DNA from: a bacterium
Lineage (GTDB): Bacteria; Zhuqueibacterota; Zhuqueibacteria; Residuimicrobiales; Krinioviventaceae
Assembly (NCBI GenBank): GCA_963693055.1
Contig: OY843751.1
Location: forward strand, 3,520,001 to 3,584,000
Length of the DNA stretch: 64,000 nt
Direction of reading: 5' to 3'
Shown here: positions 37,489-46,867 of the stretch, piece after piece
How positions within the stretch are numbered: position 1 is the stretch's first letter
Layout: each line of letters starts with the position of its first letter
Made by a program: the position numbers and the translations under genes
The notes under the pieces: generated by a model
The model's database searches: none
Told to the model about the DNA's origin: nothing
What the model saw: the letters and a program-made list of their open reading frames with translations, nothing else

Positions 37489-39477
37489 CTAGTCAATGGA
37501 TTCTGCAACAATCTGCGCAATATCCTTAACTGTAAGTTTTTCTTCCAGTCCGGTTTCATTGATACCGTCTGCAAACATGCTCATACAAAATGGACAAGCA
37601 ACACCTACAGTAGAAGCGCCACAGCTTTCAGCATCTTTGACACGAATATGGTTAATACGCTGTCCTTCTGTTTCTTCCATAAACATGCGTCCACCACCTG
37701 CACCACAGCAAAAGCTCTTGTTGTGCGAGCGTTCCATTTCTACAAAGCCATCTTTGCTGGCAGCTTTTAGCACGTTACGGGGTTCATCATAAATCTGATT
37801 ATATCGCCCAATATAGCAAGAATCATGGAAGGTTATTTTCCCATGTCCATTTGCATTGATTTTGATTTTGCCCGAGCTGACCAGTTCATTGATCAATTGT
37901 GTATGATGAATCACTTCATAATGGCCTTCAAATTGAAGATATTCATTTTTGATCATATGAAACCCATGCGGGCAGCATGTAACAATCTTTTTGAATTTAT
38001 ATTGTTTAAATACTTCAACATTCTGTTCAGCATTCATCTGGAATAGGTACTCATTACCTGCACGGCGAGCAGGATCGCCACAGCATCCTTCTTCCATGCC
38101 CAGAATGGCATAATCAACACCAGCGGCATTTAATATTTTTGCAAATGCTTTTGATATTTCTTTACCACGATCATCAAATGAACCGGAACAGCCTACAAAC
38201 CAGAGATATTCTGCTTCCTGCTTTTCAGACATTAGCGGTACATCTAGCCCTTCAGTCCAATCTGCACGGGTACTGCTTCCCATATTCCAAGGATTCATAT
38301 TGGTTTCCAGACCTTTAAAAGCAGCATTCAATTCCTGTGGAAAATTATTTTCCATCATCATTTGCGCGCGACGCATTTCCAGAATGGTTGGAATATGTTC
38401 GTTAGATACAGGACACGTTTCCATACATGCACCACAAGTGGTACAAGCCCAAATTTCATCCTGGGTTATCCATTTTTCCATAATCGGTTCGGAAATTTCT
38501 TTGCCGCCCAAAATATTATCGCTTTCATGCATCATGTGTTTACGGAGACTCATCATAACAACTTTGGGAGATAAAGCTTTATCGCTTTGAAAAGCAGGGC
38601 AAACATCCTGGCAGCGGCCGCAATCTACACAGGAAAAAAAGTCGAGATTGTTTTTCCACTGAAACTGGTTAATATTAGTTGCGCCAAATTCTTCTACCTG
38701 CTCAAAATCAATCTTTTGCAAAGTGCCAATAGGTTCATGGGTACGCAAAAAGATATTAATGGGTCCGGCAATGAGGTGAAAATGTTTGGAATGAGGTATA
38801 AAAACCAAAAATCCCAAAACCATTAAAATATGTGCCCACCAGAACACTGCATTGGCAACCTCTAAAGAGTTATGAGACATACCCTGCAACAAAGGTACAG
38901 TAGCACGTGTAAATGGCATCCATGCGGCAAAAGACTGGCCATCATGTAATATAATTTCAGCAGCCTGGTTGAGTAAATAGGTAACCATCAAACCAAAAAT
39001 AAATGACAGCACAATTGCGCTTTGAGGAGATTTGGAGATCTCGACAGGTTTTGTAATACCATCGGGTTTGAAAGCAAAACGACGAATGCCCATATATACA
39101 GAACCAACAATACACAAAATAGCTACTATATCTACACCCAGAAACCATATATCATTAACAACATTCTTTCCAAACAGAGAGAATCCCGGTATCCATGCAC
39201 CCACAACATGGTTTATGGTTGCAACAGAAAAAAAGGCAAATCCATAAAAGATAAAAGCATGCATAATACCTGCAACCGGTCTGTCTTTGATTGAACAAAG
39301 CTGAGACATTACTTTGCCAACCACATAGGTTAAACGACCAACCGGATTGTCCAAACGGTTTACGTCTTTTAAACCCGATTTTACAAGACGATAACGCTTA
39401 CGCACCTCTAGTGAAAAGAAAGCAACTGCCGCAGCAATACACAAAAGCAAAACGATTTGACCAACTATTCCCAACAA
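37489..39477 (-). CDS. Membrane Fe-S oxidoreductase (FadF/DUF224; ETF:menaquinone oxidoreductase-like)
   Basis: N-terminal TM region with conserved His residues (MHAFIFYGF, WWAH, SKHFH); CVDCGRCQDVCP and CTTCGACMETCP; two CCG domains (CCGDPARRAG, HDSCY..CCGAGGG..CPFC); downstream of etfBA. Confidence 0.88.
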   Translation of the reverse strand: MLGIVGQIVLLLCIAAAVAFFSLEVRKRYRLVKSGLKDVNRLDNPVGRLTYVVGKVMSQLCSIKDRPVAGIMHAFIFYGFAFFSVATINHVVGAWIPGFSLFGKNVVNDIWFLGVDIVAILCIVGSVYMGIRRFAFKPDGITKPVEISKSPQSAIVLSFIFGLMVTYLLNQAAEIILHDGQSFAAWMPFTRATVPLLQGMSHNSLEVANAVFWWAHILMVLGFLVFIPHSKHFHLIAGPINIFLRTHEPIGTLQKIDFEQVEEFGATNINQFQWKNNLDFFSCVDCGRCQDVCPAFQSDKALSPKVVMMSLRKHMMHESDNILGGKEISEPIMEKWITQDEIWACTTCGACMETCPVSNEHIPTILEMRRAQMMMENNFPQELNAAFKGLETNMNPWNMGSSTRADWTEGLDVPLMSEKQEAEYLWFVGCSGSFDDRGKEISKAFAKILNAAGVDYAILGMEEGCCGDPARRAGNEYLFQMNAEQNVEVFKQYKFKKIVTCCPHGFHMIKNEYLQFEGHYEVIHHTQLINELVSSGKIKINANGHGKITFHDSCYIGRYNQIYDEPRNVLKAASKDGFVEMERSHNKSFCCGAGGGRMFMEETEGQRINHIRVKDAESCGASTVGVACPFCMSMFADGINETGLEEKLTVKDIAQIVAESID

Positions 39478-39517
39478 AACACTCTCCTTAAATAATATTG
39501 ATAATAACGAAATACTG

Positions 39518-40483
39518 TTATTTCAACTTTTTCATTTCTTCTGTGACAGCAGGAAGCACTTGAAACAGATCACCAACAATACTGTAATCCGCACGTTTTA
39601 CAATAGGTGCTTCAGGATCTTTATTGATAGCCACAATGCATTTTGAACCAGACATTCCCGCCCAATGCTGAATTGAGCCGGATGCACCAATCATAAAATA
39701 CAATGAAGGAGAAACCACTTTACCGGTTTGACCAACCTGTTCATCATGGGGACGCCATTCAGCATCAACAACCGCACGTGTGGCACCCACTGCACCACCC
39801 AGCGTACTGGCAAGTTCTTCAACGAGATTAAAATTTTCAGCAGAACGTAATCCGCGTCCACCGGTTACAATAATATCAGCATCAGCAACATCCAGCTTGT
39901 CACCACCGGTCTTTTTCACTTCTTTAACGGTTATTTTTGATTCAACGGCAGGTACATCCATAGATTCCACAGCACCGGCTTTGGCATCTTTGACCGCTTC
40001 AAACATACCCGGGCGTAAAGAGATAACTTTGACATCACCTGCAACCTGAGCATTGGTAAACACTTTGCCCGCGTATAGTGAACGTTCAACAACAATATCG
40101 CTGCCATTCACACTAATGCCAACACAATCAGAGGCTACCGTTACACCCAATGCTGCTGCAACACGTGGAGCAAGATCGCGTGTTTGCGCAGTTGCAGAGA
40201 ACAAAACAATATCTAAAGATGAATCCTGAGCGGCTTTAACAACAGTTGATTTATATACATCAGGATTATATTGTTCAAGAGCAGCATTTTCAGCAGTAAT
40301 AACAACATCAGCACCATATTCGCCCAATACAACAGCTTTATCAGCAACGGACGCGCCCATAACCAGCGCTTTTACATCAGCACCTGAACTATTGGCAATT
40401 TTACGGGCCTGAGAAACCGCCTCAAGTGATGCTTTTTTCAACTCACCATTTTGAATTTCTGTTACAACAAGTATAGTAGACAT
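39518..40483 (-). CDS. etfA: Electron transfer flavoprotein alpha subunit
   Basis: TGGRGL, GATRAVVD, QVGQTGK, GASGSIQH, AINKDPEAP. Confidence 0.96.
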   Translation of the reverse strand: MSTILVVTEIQNGELKKASLEAVSQARKIANSSGADVKALVMGASVADKAVVLGEYGADVVITAENAALEQYNPDVYKSTVVKAAQDSSLDIVLFSATAQTRDLAPRVAAALGVTVASDCVGISVNGSDIVVERSLYAGKVFTNAQVAGDVKVISLRPGMFEAVKDAKAGAVESMDVPAVESKITVKEVKKTGGDKLDVADADIIVTGGRGLRSAENFNLVEELASTLGGAVGATRAVVDAEWRPHDEQVGQTGKVVSPSLYFMIGASGSIQHWAGMSGSKCIVAINKDPEAPIVKRADYSIVGDLFQVLPAVTEEMKKLK

Positions 40484-40512
40484 TTATCTAGACCTCCGGA
40501 TTTCTGAAATAA

Positions 40513-41265
40513 TTATATCACTTTGGCTTCTTCACGAAGCAGTCTTACGAGTTCTGCTGCGGCATCTGCACCTTCACCAACAACTTTGCCATCCTGACGG
40601 GCAGGTGGATAACTCATAGTATCAATTTTAATGGTGTCATCATCTACACTAGCAGCTTCTTCTGCAATCTGTTTTTTCTTTGCCATCATAACACCACGGA
40701 TAGAGGGATATCTCGGTTCGTTTAAACCTTTTTGGCAGGTTACAATACAAGGTAAAGACACTTGCACAACTTCAGTTCCGCCTTCAATCTCACGCTCGGC
40801 TGTAATAGAGCCGTCTTCAACATCCAATTTAGTCACAACCGTAACACAGGGAATGCCGAGCAATTCACCCAACATGGGTCCCAGTACCATATTGCCATCA
40901 TCAATGGTTTCTTTACCCATCAAAATGAGATCATAATCCAGAGTTTTAACTTTTTCTGCAAGCAGCTTGGCGGCTGACAGGCCGTCAATGGAATAAGCAT
41001 CATATTTCAAATGCAATACATCATCAACACCCATTGCAACAGCGGTCCGTAATGCTTCCTTGACCCGTTCGGGCCCCCAACTGATTGCGGTAACATTTTC
41101 AGCTTTGCCGGCTTCTTTAATTTTTATAGATTCTTCAAGGGCAAATTCACAAAACGGATTTACAATAAATTTAATACCAGCTTCGGCAATGCTTTTTTCA
41201 TCGGAACCGATCTTGATATTTGCTTCAGTATCAGGAACTTGTTTAATACACGCTAAAATTTTCAC
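40513..41265 (-). CDS. etfB: Electron transfer flavoprotein beta subunit
   Basis: CIKQVPD, NPF.EFALEE, AMGVD, NEPRYP; GTG start at 41265 after GGAGG. Confidence 0.96.
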   Translation of the reverse strand: MKILACIKQVPDTEANIKIGSDEKSIAEAGIKFIVNPFCEFALEESIKIKEAGKAENVTAISWGPERVKEALRTAVAMGVDDVLHLKYDAYSIDGLSAAKLLAEKVKTLDYDLILMGKETIDDGNMVLGPMLGELLGIPCVTVVTKLDVEDGSITAEREIEGGTEVVQVSLPCIVTCQKGLNEPRYPSIRGVMMAKKKQIAEEAASVDDDTIKIDTMSYPPARQDGKVVGEGADAAAELVRLLREEAKVI

Positions 41266-41316
41266 ACAAACCTCCAGTTCATTTTTCACTGTTCTACAGC
41301 TAACCTGTAAAGGAAT

Positions 41317-41367
41317 AATATATAAAGCCATGACAGGAAAGTCAAATAATAATTGAATGAAATTCAG
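41317..41367 (-). promoter_or_regulatory. etfB promoter plus candidate TetR operator
   Basis: TTGACT(41345-41340)-17 nt-TATATT(41322-41317); TGAA-N5-TTCA at 41354-41366. Confidence 0.6.
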
Positions 41368-41379
41368 GCAATTACCCGA

Positions 41380-41958
41380 TCAGGCGGCTATGCCATCCAG
41401 AATAACTTTGATTATCTGATCTGCAGAATCTTCAAGGTCAATCTTTCTGGATTTTGACAGGGTCCAGTTCATAGAAATCTGATCAAGAGCGCCAAATAAA
41501 ATCTGCTTAAATATTGTAGGATGAATTTCTTTTTTAAACTCGCCATTGGTTTGACCCAATATAAAAGCTTCGGAAATAATGTTCAAATATTCTTTATACT
41601 TTGTACCATTATAACCATGAATAAACTTGCTGCTCTGGCGCAATTCAAGTTCAAGCAACTGTGCCATATCCGGTTTTTCACGCACCATGGTCAAATGCCC
41701 CGTAATAAAGGCCTCAAGCTTTTCCCGTGCAGTCTTTTTTCGCAGCAGATTGTTCTTCATATTATCTATAATAGGTACCATTTCTTCTTCAAATATAGAA
41801 ATCAAAATATCGTCTTTATTTGTAAAATATAAATAAGTTGTACCCGTAGCAACGCCAGCTTGTCTGGCAATTTCTTCCACTTTGGCGTTAAAAAAACCGT
41901 CACGTGCAAAAACTTTAATTGCAGCCTGTAAGATTTTGGTACGTTTCACTGTGTCCAT
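41380..41958 (-). CDS. TetR-family regulator, FadR(YsiA)-like
   Basis: ILQAAIKVFARDGF..IARQAGVATGTTYLYF HTH; LELRQS motif; sits between etfBA and fadL. Confidence 0.9.
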   Translation of the reverse strand: MDTVKRTKILQAAIKVFARDGFFNAKVEEIARQAGVATGTTYLYFTNKDDILISIFEEEMVPIIDNMKNNLLRKKTAREKLEAFITGHLTMVREKPDMAQLLELELRQSSKFIHGYNGTKYKEYLNIISEAFILGQTNGEFKKEIHPTIFKQILFGALDQISMNWTLSKSRKIDLEDSADQIIKVILDGIAA

Positions 41959-42008
41959 GAATTTCTCCGGATTAGAAGTAATAGGTGTTTGTATAAATTA
42001 CAAAAATT

Positions 42009-42149
42009 ATGAGTGACATTCAAATACAAAATTAATGAAGCGGCTTCATTTAGACTCATAAAGTAACCGAGATTTTCCACTTTGTCAATATTTAATATTG
42101 ACAAAGCCATATTTTTTTGTTAACATTACAAAATATGAAGCAAATTCAT
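42009..42149. promoter_or_regulatory. Back-to-back divergent promoters with three candidate TetR operators
   Basis: Plus TTGACA(42098)-17-TAACAT(42121); minus TTGACA(42088)-17-TACTTT(42065); operators ATGAAGCGGCTTCAT 42035-42049, ATGAAGCAAATTCAT 42135-42149, ATGAGTGACATTCAA 42009-42023. Confidence 0.75.
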
Positions 42150-42208
42150 GAAATAAAACCAACCGGAAAATGTTTTCCGAAATAACTAACCTAATTAAGG
42201 GAGGGAGT

Positions 42209-43699
42209 ATGCGTCGTTTAACAGCGATAGTAACCCTGACATTAACAATCTTGTTCTTATCATCCCAAATATTTGCCACAGGCCTTGATCTGACTGGTGT
42301 TGGCGCACGCGCACAAGCATTGGGTGGCAATTACCGAGCAGTCTCTGATGACTGGAGCGCAATGCATTGGAATCCAGCCGGGATGGCTTTTACCCAGGGT
42401 TTTACAGCAGGATTCAGTTCAGAACTGATCAAAGTTAACGTTGGTTACACCCCGGCACAGATAGCAGGCATGCAGTTTAGTACAATAAATACTAGTGAAA
42501 CTAATAATGAACCCAAAACCTTTTTTGTTCCTTCCGGTGGCCTCTATTACAGCGATGGCAAAAAAGCCTTTGGTTTGGGTATTTGGGCTCCCTTTGGTCT
42601 TGGCGCAAAATGGGATGTAATGAACACTATGGATTATAACTCTAATTATCCCGAATTTGACTATGATGATGACTTGATGGTTATCAACATTCAACCTACA
42701 TTTGCTTACAAATTAAACGATAAACTTTCTCTCGGTTTGGGTGTTGGTTTTGTAATGGCTGATATTATGATCCAAAAACCTAATTTCACTCCTAATCCAT
42801 ATATTTTCAACGAAACTCTAAACGCAACAGTAACTGGTAATGCTATACTTTACAATGGATTAAACAATGCAGGTGCTTTTAATCCTGCTTACAATCATTT
42901 GATTACAGATACCAACCTGAATGGTAGTGGTTTTGGATACAGCATTAATGCCGGTTTGATGTTTAAACCCTCCGAAACCTTATCAATTGGCGCATCTGTA
43001 CAATACTATTCTACAATAACTTTGGATGGAACTGTTGACGCAACTGCGTATTTTGCTGACAACGAAGCAGTTCATACAATTGTTGATTATTGGATTGCGC
43101 CACAAATTGCTCAAGATCCTTCTTTATCTGCTACAGAAAAATTGGTTATTTCCAATTTCTATTCCGGTGGAAGCATAGCTAAAGCAAACGAAAATGATGT
43201 AACTGCTGAAATGCCATTACCTCTCAAATTAGGTTTGGGCATTTCCTGGACTGGTATTCCAAACTTGCTTCTTTGTGCCGATGTAGCACTTACACAATGG
43301 TCAGTATGGGACAGAATTGAAATTAAAGATGAAGACGGTAACTTGTTCAGTGAACTGGTTGAAGAGTGGGAAAACACTATTCGCTTTGGATTAGGCGGAG
43401 AATACAATTTTGGTATGCTGGTAGCACGGGGAGCATGGTACACTGAACCCAATGCTGCAGTTGATGAAACCATGACACTGAGTATTCCTGACTTTAACAA
43501 ACGTAATGTTTTAATGGGAGGTATTGGATTGCCTTTGGGTCCTGTTACTTTGCATGCTAGTTATGAAAAAATTATGGTTGGTGACAAAGAGGTTTCTGAC
43601 TGGAATTATGATGCTGCATCAAGCGGTTATCATAACCTTGCTGGTAGTTTTAATATGAACATTGATATAATCATGTTTGGCCTGGATTACAATTTTTAG
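42209..43699 (+). CDS. fadL: FadL/OmpP1-family outer-membrane long-chain fatty acid transporter
   Basis: Signal peptide; GARAQALGG..A..DDWSAMHWNPAG (NPA motif), APFGLG, amphipathic beta-strands, C-terminal Phe; ATG 42209 after GGAGGGAG. Confidence 0.88.
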   Translation: MRRLTAIVTLTLTILFLSSQIFATGLDLTGVGARAQALGGNYRAVSDDWSAMHWNPAGMAFTQGFTAGFSSELIKVNVGYTPAQIAGMQFSTINTSETNNEPKTFFVPSGGLYYSDGKKAFGLGIWAPFGLGAKWDVMNTMDYNSNYPEFDYDDDLMVINIQPTFAYKLNDKLSLGLGVGFVMADIMIQKPNFTPNPYIFNETLNATVTGNAILYNGLNNAGAFNPAYNHLITDTNLNGSGFGYSINAGLMFKPSETLSIGASVQYYSTITLDGTVDATAYFADNEAVHTIVDYWIAPQIAQDPSLSATEKLVISNFYSGGSIAKANENDVTAEMPLPLKLGLGISWTGIPNLLLCADVALTQWSVWDRIEIKDEDGNLFSELVEEWENTIRFGLGGEYNFGMLVARGAWYTEPNAAVDETMTLSIPDFNKRNVLMGGIGLPLGPVTLHASYEKIMVGDKEVSDWNYDAASSGYHNLAGSFNMNIDIIMFGLDYNF

Positions 43700-43740
43700 T
43701 TTTTTTATTTGGAATAATGTAGTATATTTATAAGTTTTTA

Positions 43741-43778
43741 TCATCAGGGTTCCCAACCAAAAAATGGGACCCTGATGA
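43741..43778 (+). terminator. Hairpin between fadL and the downstream lipoprotein
   Basis: TCATCAGGG.TCCCA...TGGGA.CCCTGATGA; lacks a clear U-tail, so may be a stabilising or processing stem. Confidence 0.45.
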
Positions 43779-43801
43779 ATAATAATAAATTCCGAATAAA
43801 A

Positions 43802-44617
43802 ATGATTTGTAAAAAAACTGTATTACTCTTATCAATATTACTACTCTTCTTTTGGTTCTCTTGCGATACGGATCCCGGCCTTGAACCCACTGCCAGCGGT
43901 ATACATGGAACCGTTTTTTTTGAAAATGACTGGCCTGAAAATACAGACGAAATCATTGTTGTAGCTTCTCTTAAATTTCCACCAACTTCTATTACTGATA
44001 TTATTCTTAGCGATCCGCTTCCTTTAAATGTGGATTCGGCAGAATATACTATTTATACGGATCCTATGGATTTTGCTGCTATTGGTGTGGTTTGGAAAGA
44101 AAAAGACCAACCCTGGGATGTTACCAATATCATTGGCATCTATTTTCCCACTGAAAACAAATTTTCTCCCGGTACAGTAACAATCCCTAATAAAAACACA
44201 ATTCTGGATTCCATAGATATCAATGCAGATTTATCAAAAGCCAAGCCAGCAGTAGAAAGTGAAATTCGGGGAACGTTGAGAGTAACAGGTGATTGGCCGC
44301 AAGGTGCTACATCAGCACTGGTAGTTGCGTCGGTCCCTCTCCTCCCCTCAGGTTTGATGGATATTACCCTGGGCATTCCCATTGAAGCGGGATTCGATTC
44401 CACAGCATACTCTTTTTCAGTACAACCCGGTACGTATAGGCTTTTGGGAGTGTTGGTTTTGGTTAAAGGAGAGCAAGTAGGTATTAACAGTATCCGTGGA
44501 CTGTATTACCAAAATCCGGGTGATGCTTTTCCCGGTTCTGTTCGAATTGCATCCGAAACATCCGTCATTGAAAACATTGATATAGATGTTAACTTTAACG
44601 AACCTGTATTTCCATAA
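43802..44617 (+). CDS. Hypothetical lipoprotein with two tandem homologous beta-rich domains
   Basis: Hydrophobic N-terminus with WFSC lipobox; I.GT....DWP.....VVAS...P....DI....P.....DS..Y repeated twice. Confidence 0.75.
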   Translation: MICKKTVLLLSILLLFFWFSCDTDPGLEPTASGIHGTVFFENDWPENTDEIIVVASLKFPPTSITDIILSDPLPLNVDSAEYTIYTDPMDFAAIGVVWKEKDQPWDVTNIIGIYFPTENKFSPGTVTIPNKNTILDSIDINADLSKAKPAVESEIRGTLRVTGDWPQGATSALVVASVPLLPSGLMDITLGIPIEAGFDSTAYSFSVQPGTYRLLGVLVLVKGEQVGINSIRGLYYQNPGDAFPGSVRIASETSVIENIDIDVNFNEPVFP

Positions 44618-44618
44618 T

Positions 44619-46766
44619 ATGAAGAATATTATAAAAAATATAATCCTGACAGTTCTGATACCGGTTATGATATACGCCCAAACATCCGGCAGCATTACAG
44701 GACAAGTCACAGATAAAACGAACGGTGGTCCCTTGCCAGCGGTTAACCTGATGTTAATGGGCACGGTATTGGGCACATCTACTGATGTTAATGGCAACTT
44801 TGAAATGGGAAAAATCCCACCCGGTTCATATCAGATTCGGGTTACCATGATGGGATACAAGCGCATCGATCAGAAAAATGTTATCGTCAAAGCCAACCAG
44901 ACGACCTCAATCAATTTCGAACTTGAAGAAACCATAATCGAGACTCCCGAAGTACTTATAACCGCGAATAAACGCCGTCAAAGCATTCAGGACGCCACCA
45001 ACAGTGTTGGAGTTATGACCGCCCGTGAGATGAAGCAAAAAAATGAAATCTATCTCGACAAAGTATTAGAAAATGTATCTGGTGTAAATTTTATAGGTTC
45101 GCAGATCAATATTCGCGGATCGTCAGGCTACAATTACGGTGCCGGCAGCCGGGTTTTGTTTTTGGTAGACGGTGTTCCGGTAATGCCCGGAGACAGCGGA
45201 GATATAAAATGGGACCTTATACCGGTTACTCAGATTGAACAGGTAGAGATCATCAAAGGTGCAGGTTCGGCATTATATGGTGCAAGTGCAATGGGTGGGG
45301 TTATCAATATTATCACCAAAAAAGGGACTGTCAAACCGGTCACCAACTTGCGCATGTCCAGTGGTATTTATGATCAGCCTCGTTTTGAAGAATGGAAATG
45401 GACAGACAGAACTTTACACTTTGACGATATCAATATTGACCACAGTCGCAGAGTAGGTAAATCTGACGTTTCCTTTTCTGTTGGACGTCAACAGAGTACC
45501 GGATATCGCCAAAACGGAGATTATCAACGCATTAACGCTTCTGCCAAAGTCCACACCATAATAAACGGGCAACACAATTTCACTATATCTTCAAATTTTG
45601 AAGGCGGAAAACGCGGCGCTGGTCTCATGTGGCGTAGTCAACGCCAGGCACTTGAAGTAGCACCGGAAGCTGTGGGTGACCTGATCCGCTCAGATAAATT
45701 TGGTCTCAATGCATTCCACAACTGGATTGCCAACAAGAATTTTAAACTAAAGACCCGTTTATCATACTTTCAGAATTTCTGGAAAAATTATTTTCACGAC
45801 AGTGATAACGCTTCTACTTCAAAACGATCAGGATTTGAAGTCCAGGGAGATTACCAGTTTAGCGACAACAACTCGATCACTTTTGGAACGGAAGAGTCCT
45901 GGGACCATGTGAATTCTGGTCTGGTAGGCGACCATGATCAATATGCCATTGCTTTTTATGTCCAAAATGAACGCAATTTGCTTCCAACTGTGATCTTGAC
46001 GCTGGGACTTCGATACGATTACCAGGACGTTGATATAGGTTTTACCGATTCTGAACTCAGTCCCAAAATTGGCATGGTATGGCATGCACAGCCTTTTGTT
46101 ACATTTCGGGGATCATCAGGAAGAGGCTTCAGGGCAGCCAGCATGTCTGAAAGATTTTCCGATTCCATCTATTCGGGTATAAGACTGGTACCAAACGAAA
46201 GCCTGAAATCCGAAACCGCATGGTCGCACGAGCTTGCAATGAATTTACATCCCTCCCCTTTTATCTTTATTGATATTGCGGGTTTCTGGAGCGACTATTG
46301 GGACCTGATAGAACCTGAACCGGATGAAACGCAAACCGTTCAGTTTATTAATGTGACCCGTGCAAGAATCAAAGGTATTGAAACTCATATCAAGTATATG
46401 CCCTGGTTTATCAAGGGATTAAACTTTGATATAGGTTATACCTATATGGATCCGCAGGACCTGGATATAAATGATGTTCTGGCTTATCGCTCAAGACATA
46501 TCGTAAATACATCAATCCTTTGGCAGCTTGGCTTTATGGAAGCCGGACTGGATTATATTTTTGTAGACAGGCTTGAGAATGTCAAAGTCTACCCCAATGA
46601 TGAACGGGTATCTCAAAAAACAATGAATGCGAGAATTGGGTTTCGTTATGGCAATTACTCGATATTTTTAAACGGTAACAATATATTGAACCATAACCAT
46701 ACTCAAATGGAAAGGACTTTATTACCAATCAGAAACTATGTTGTTGCCGTATCTACAAGTTTTTAA
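44619..46766 (+). CDS. TonB-dependent receptor with N-terminal carboxypeptidase-regulatory-like domain
   Basis: GSITGQVTD..G.STD.NG.F, plug INIRGS..LVDGVP..IEQVEIIKGAGSALYG.SAMGGVINIIT, barrel ending in Phe. Confidence 0.93.
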   Translation: MKNIIKNIILTVLIPVMIYAQTSGSITGQVTDKTNGGPLPAVNLMLMGTVLGTSTDVNGNFEMGKIPPGSYQIRVTMMGYKRIDQKNVIVKANQTTSINFELEETIIETPEVLITANKRRQSIQDATNSVGVMTAREMKQKNEIYLDKVLENVSGVNFIGSQINIRGSSGYNYGAGSRVLFLVDGVPVMPGDSGDIKWDLIPVTQIEQVEIIKGAGSALYGASAMGGVINIITKKGTVKPVTNLRMSSGIYDQPRFEEWKWTDRTLHFDDINIDHSRRVGKSDVSFSVGRQQSTGYRQNGDYQRINASAKVHTIINGQHNFTISSNFEGGKRGAGLMWRSQRQALEVAPEAVGDLIRSDKFGLNAFHNWIANKNFKLKTRLSYFQNFWKNYFHDSDNASTSKRSGFEVQGDYQFSDNNSITFGTEESWDHVNSGLVGDHDQYAIAFYVQNERNLLPTVILTLGLRYDYQDVDIGFTDSELSPKIGMVWHAQPFVTFRGSSGRGFRAASMSERFSDSIYSGIRLVPNESLKSETAWSHELAMNLHPSPFIFIDIAGFWSDYWDLIEPEPDETQTVQFINVTRARIKGIETHIKYMPWFIKGLNFDIGYTYMDPQDLDINDVLAYRSRHIVNTSILWQLGFMEAGLDYIFVDRLENVKVYPNDERVSQKTMNARIGFRYGNYSIFLNGNNILNHNHTQMERTLLPIRNYVVAVSTSF

Positions 46767-46867
46767 TTCATTTATTATGAAACAAGTGTAACATTTTATC
46801 GTATAATATATCTTGTACTCGGAAAAATCACAATTCCTATAAAGCTTTCACAAAGAAAGGAGCAATA

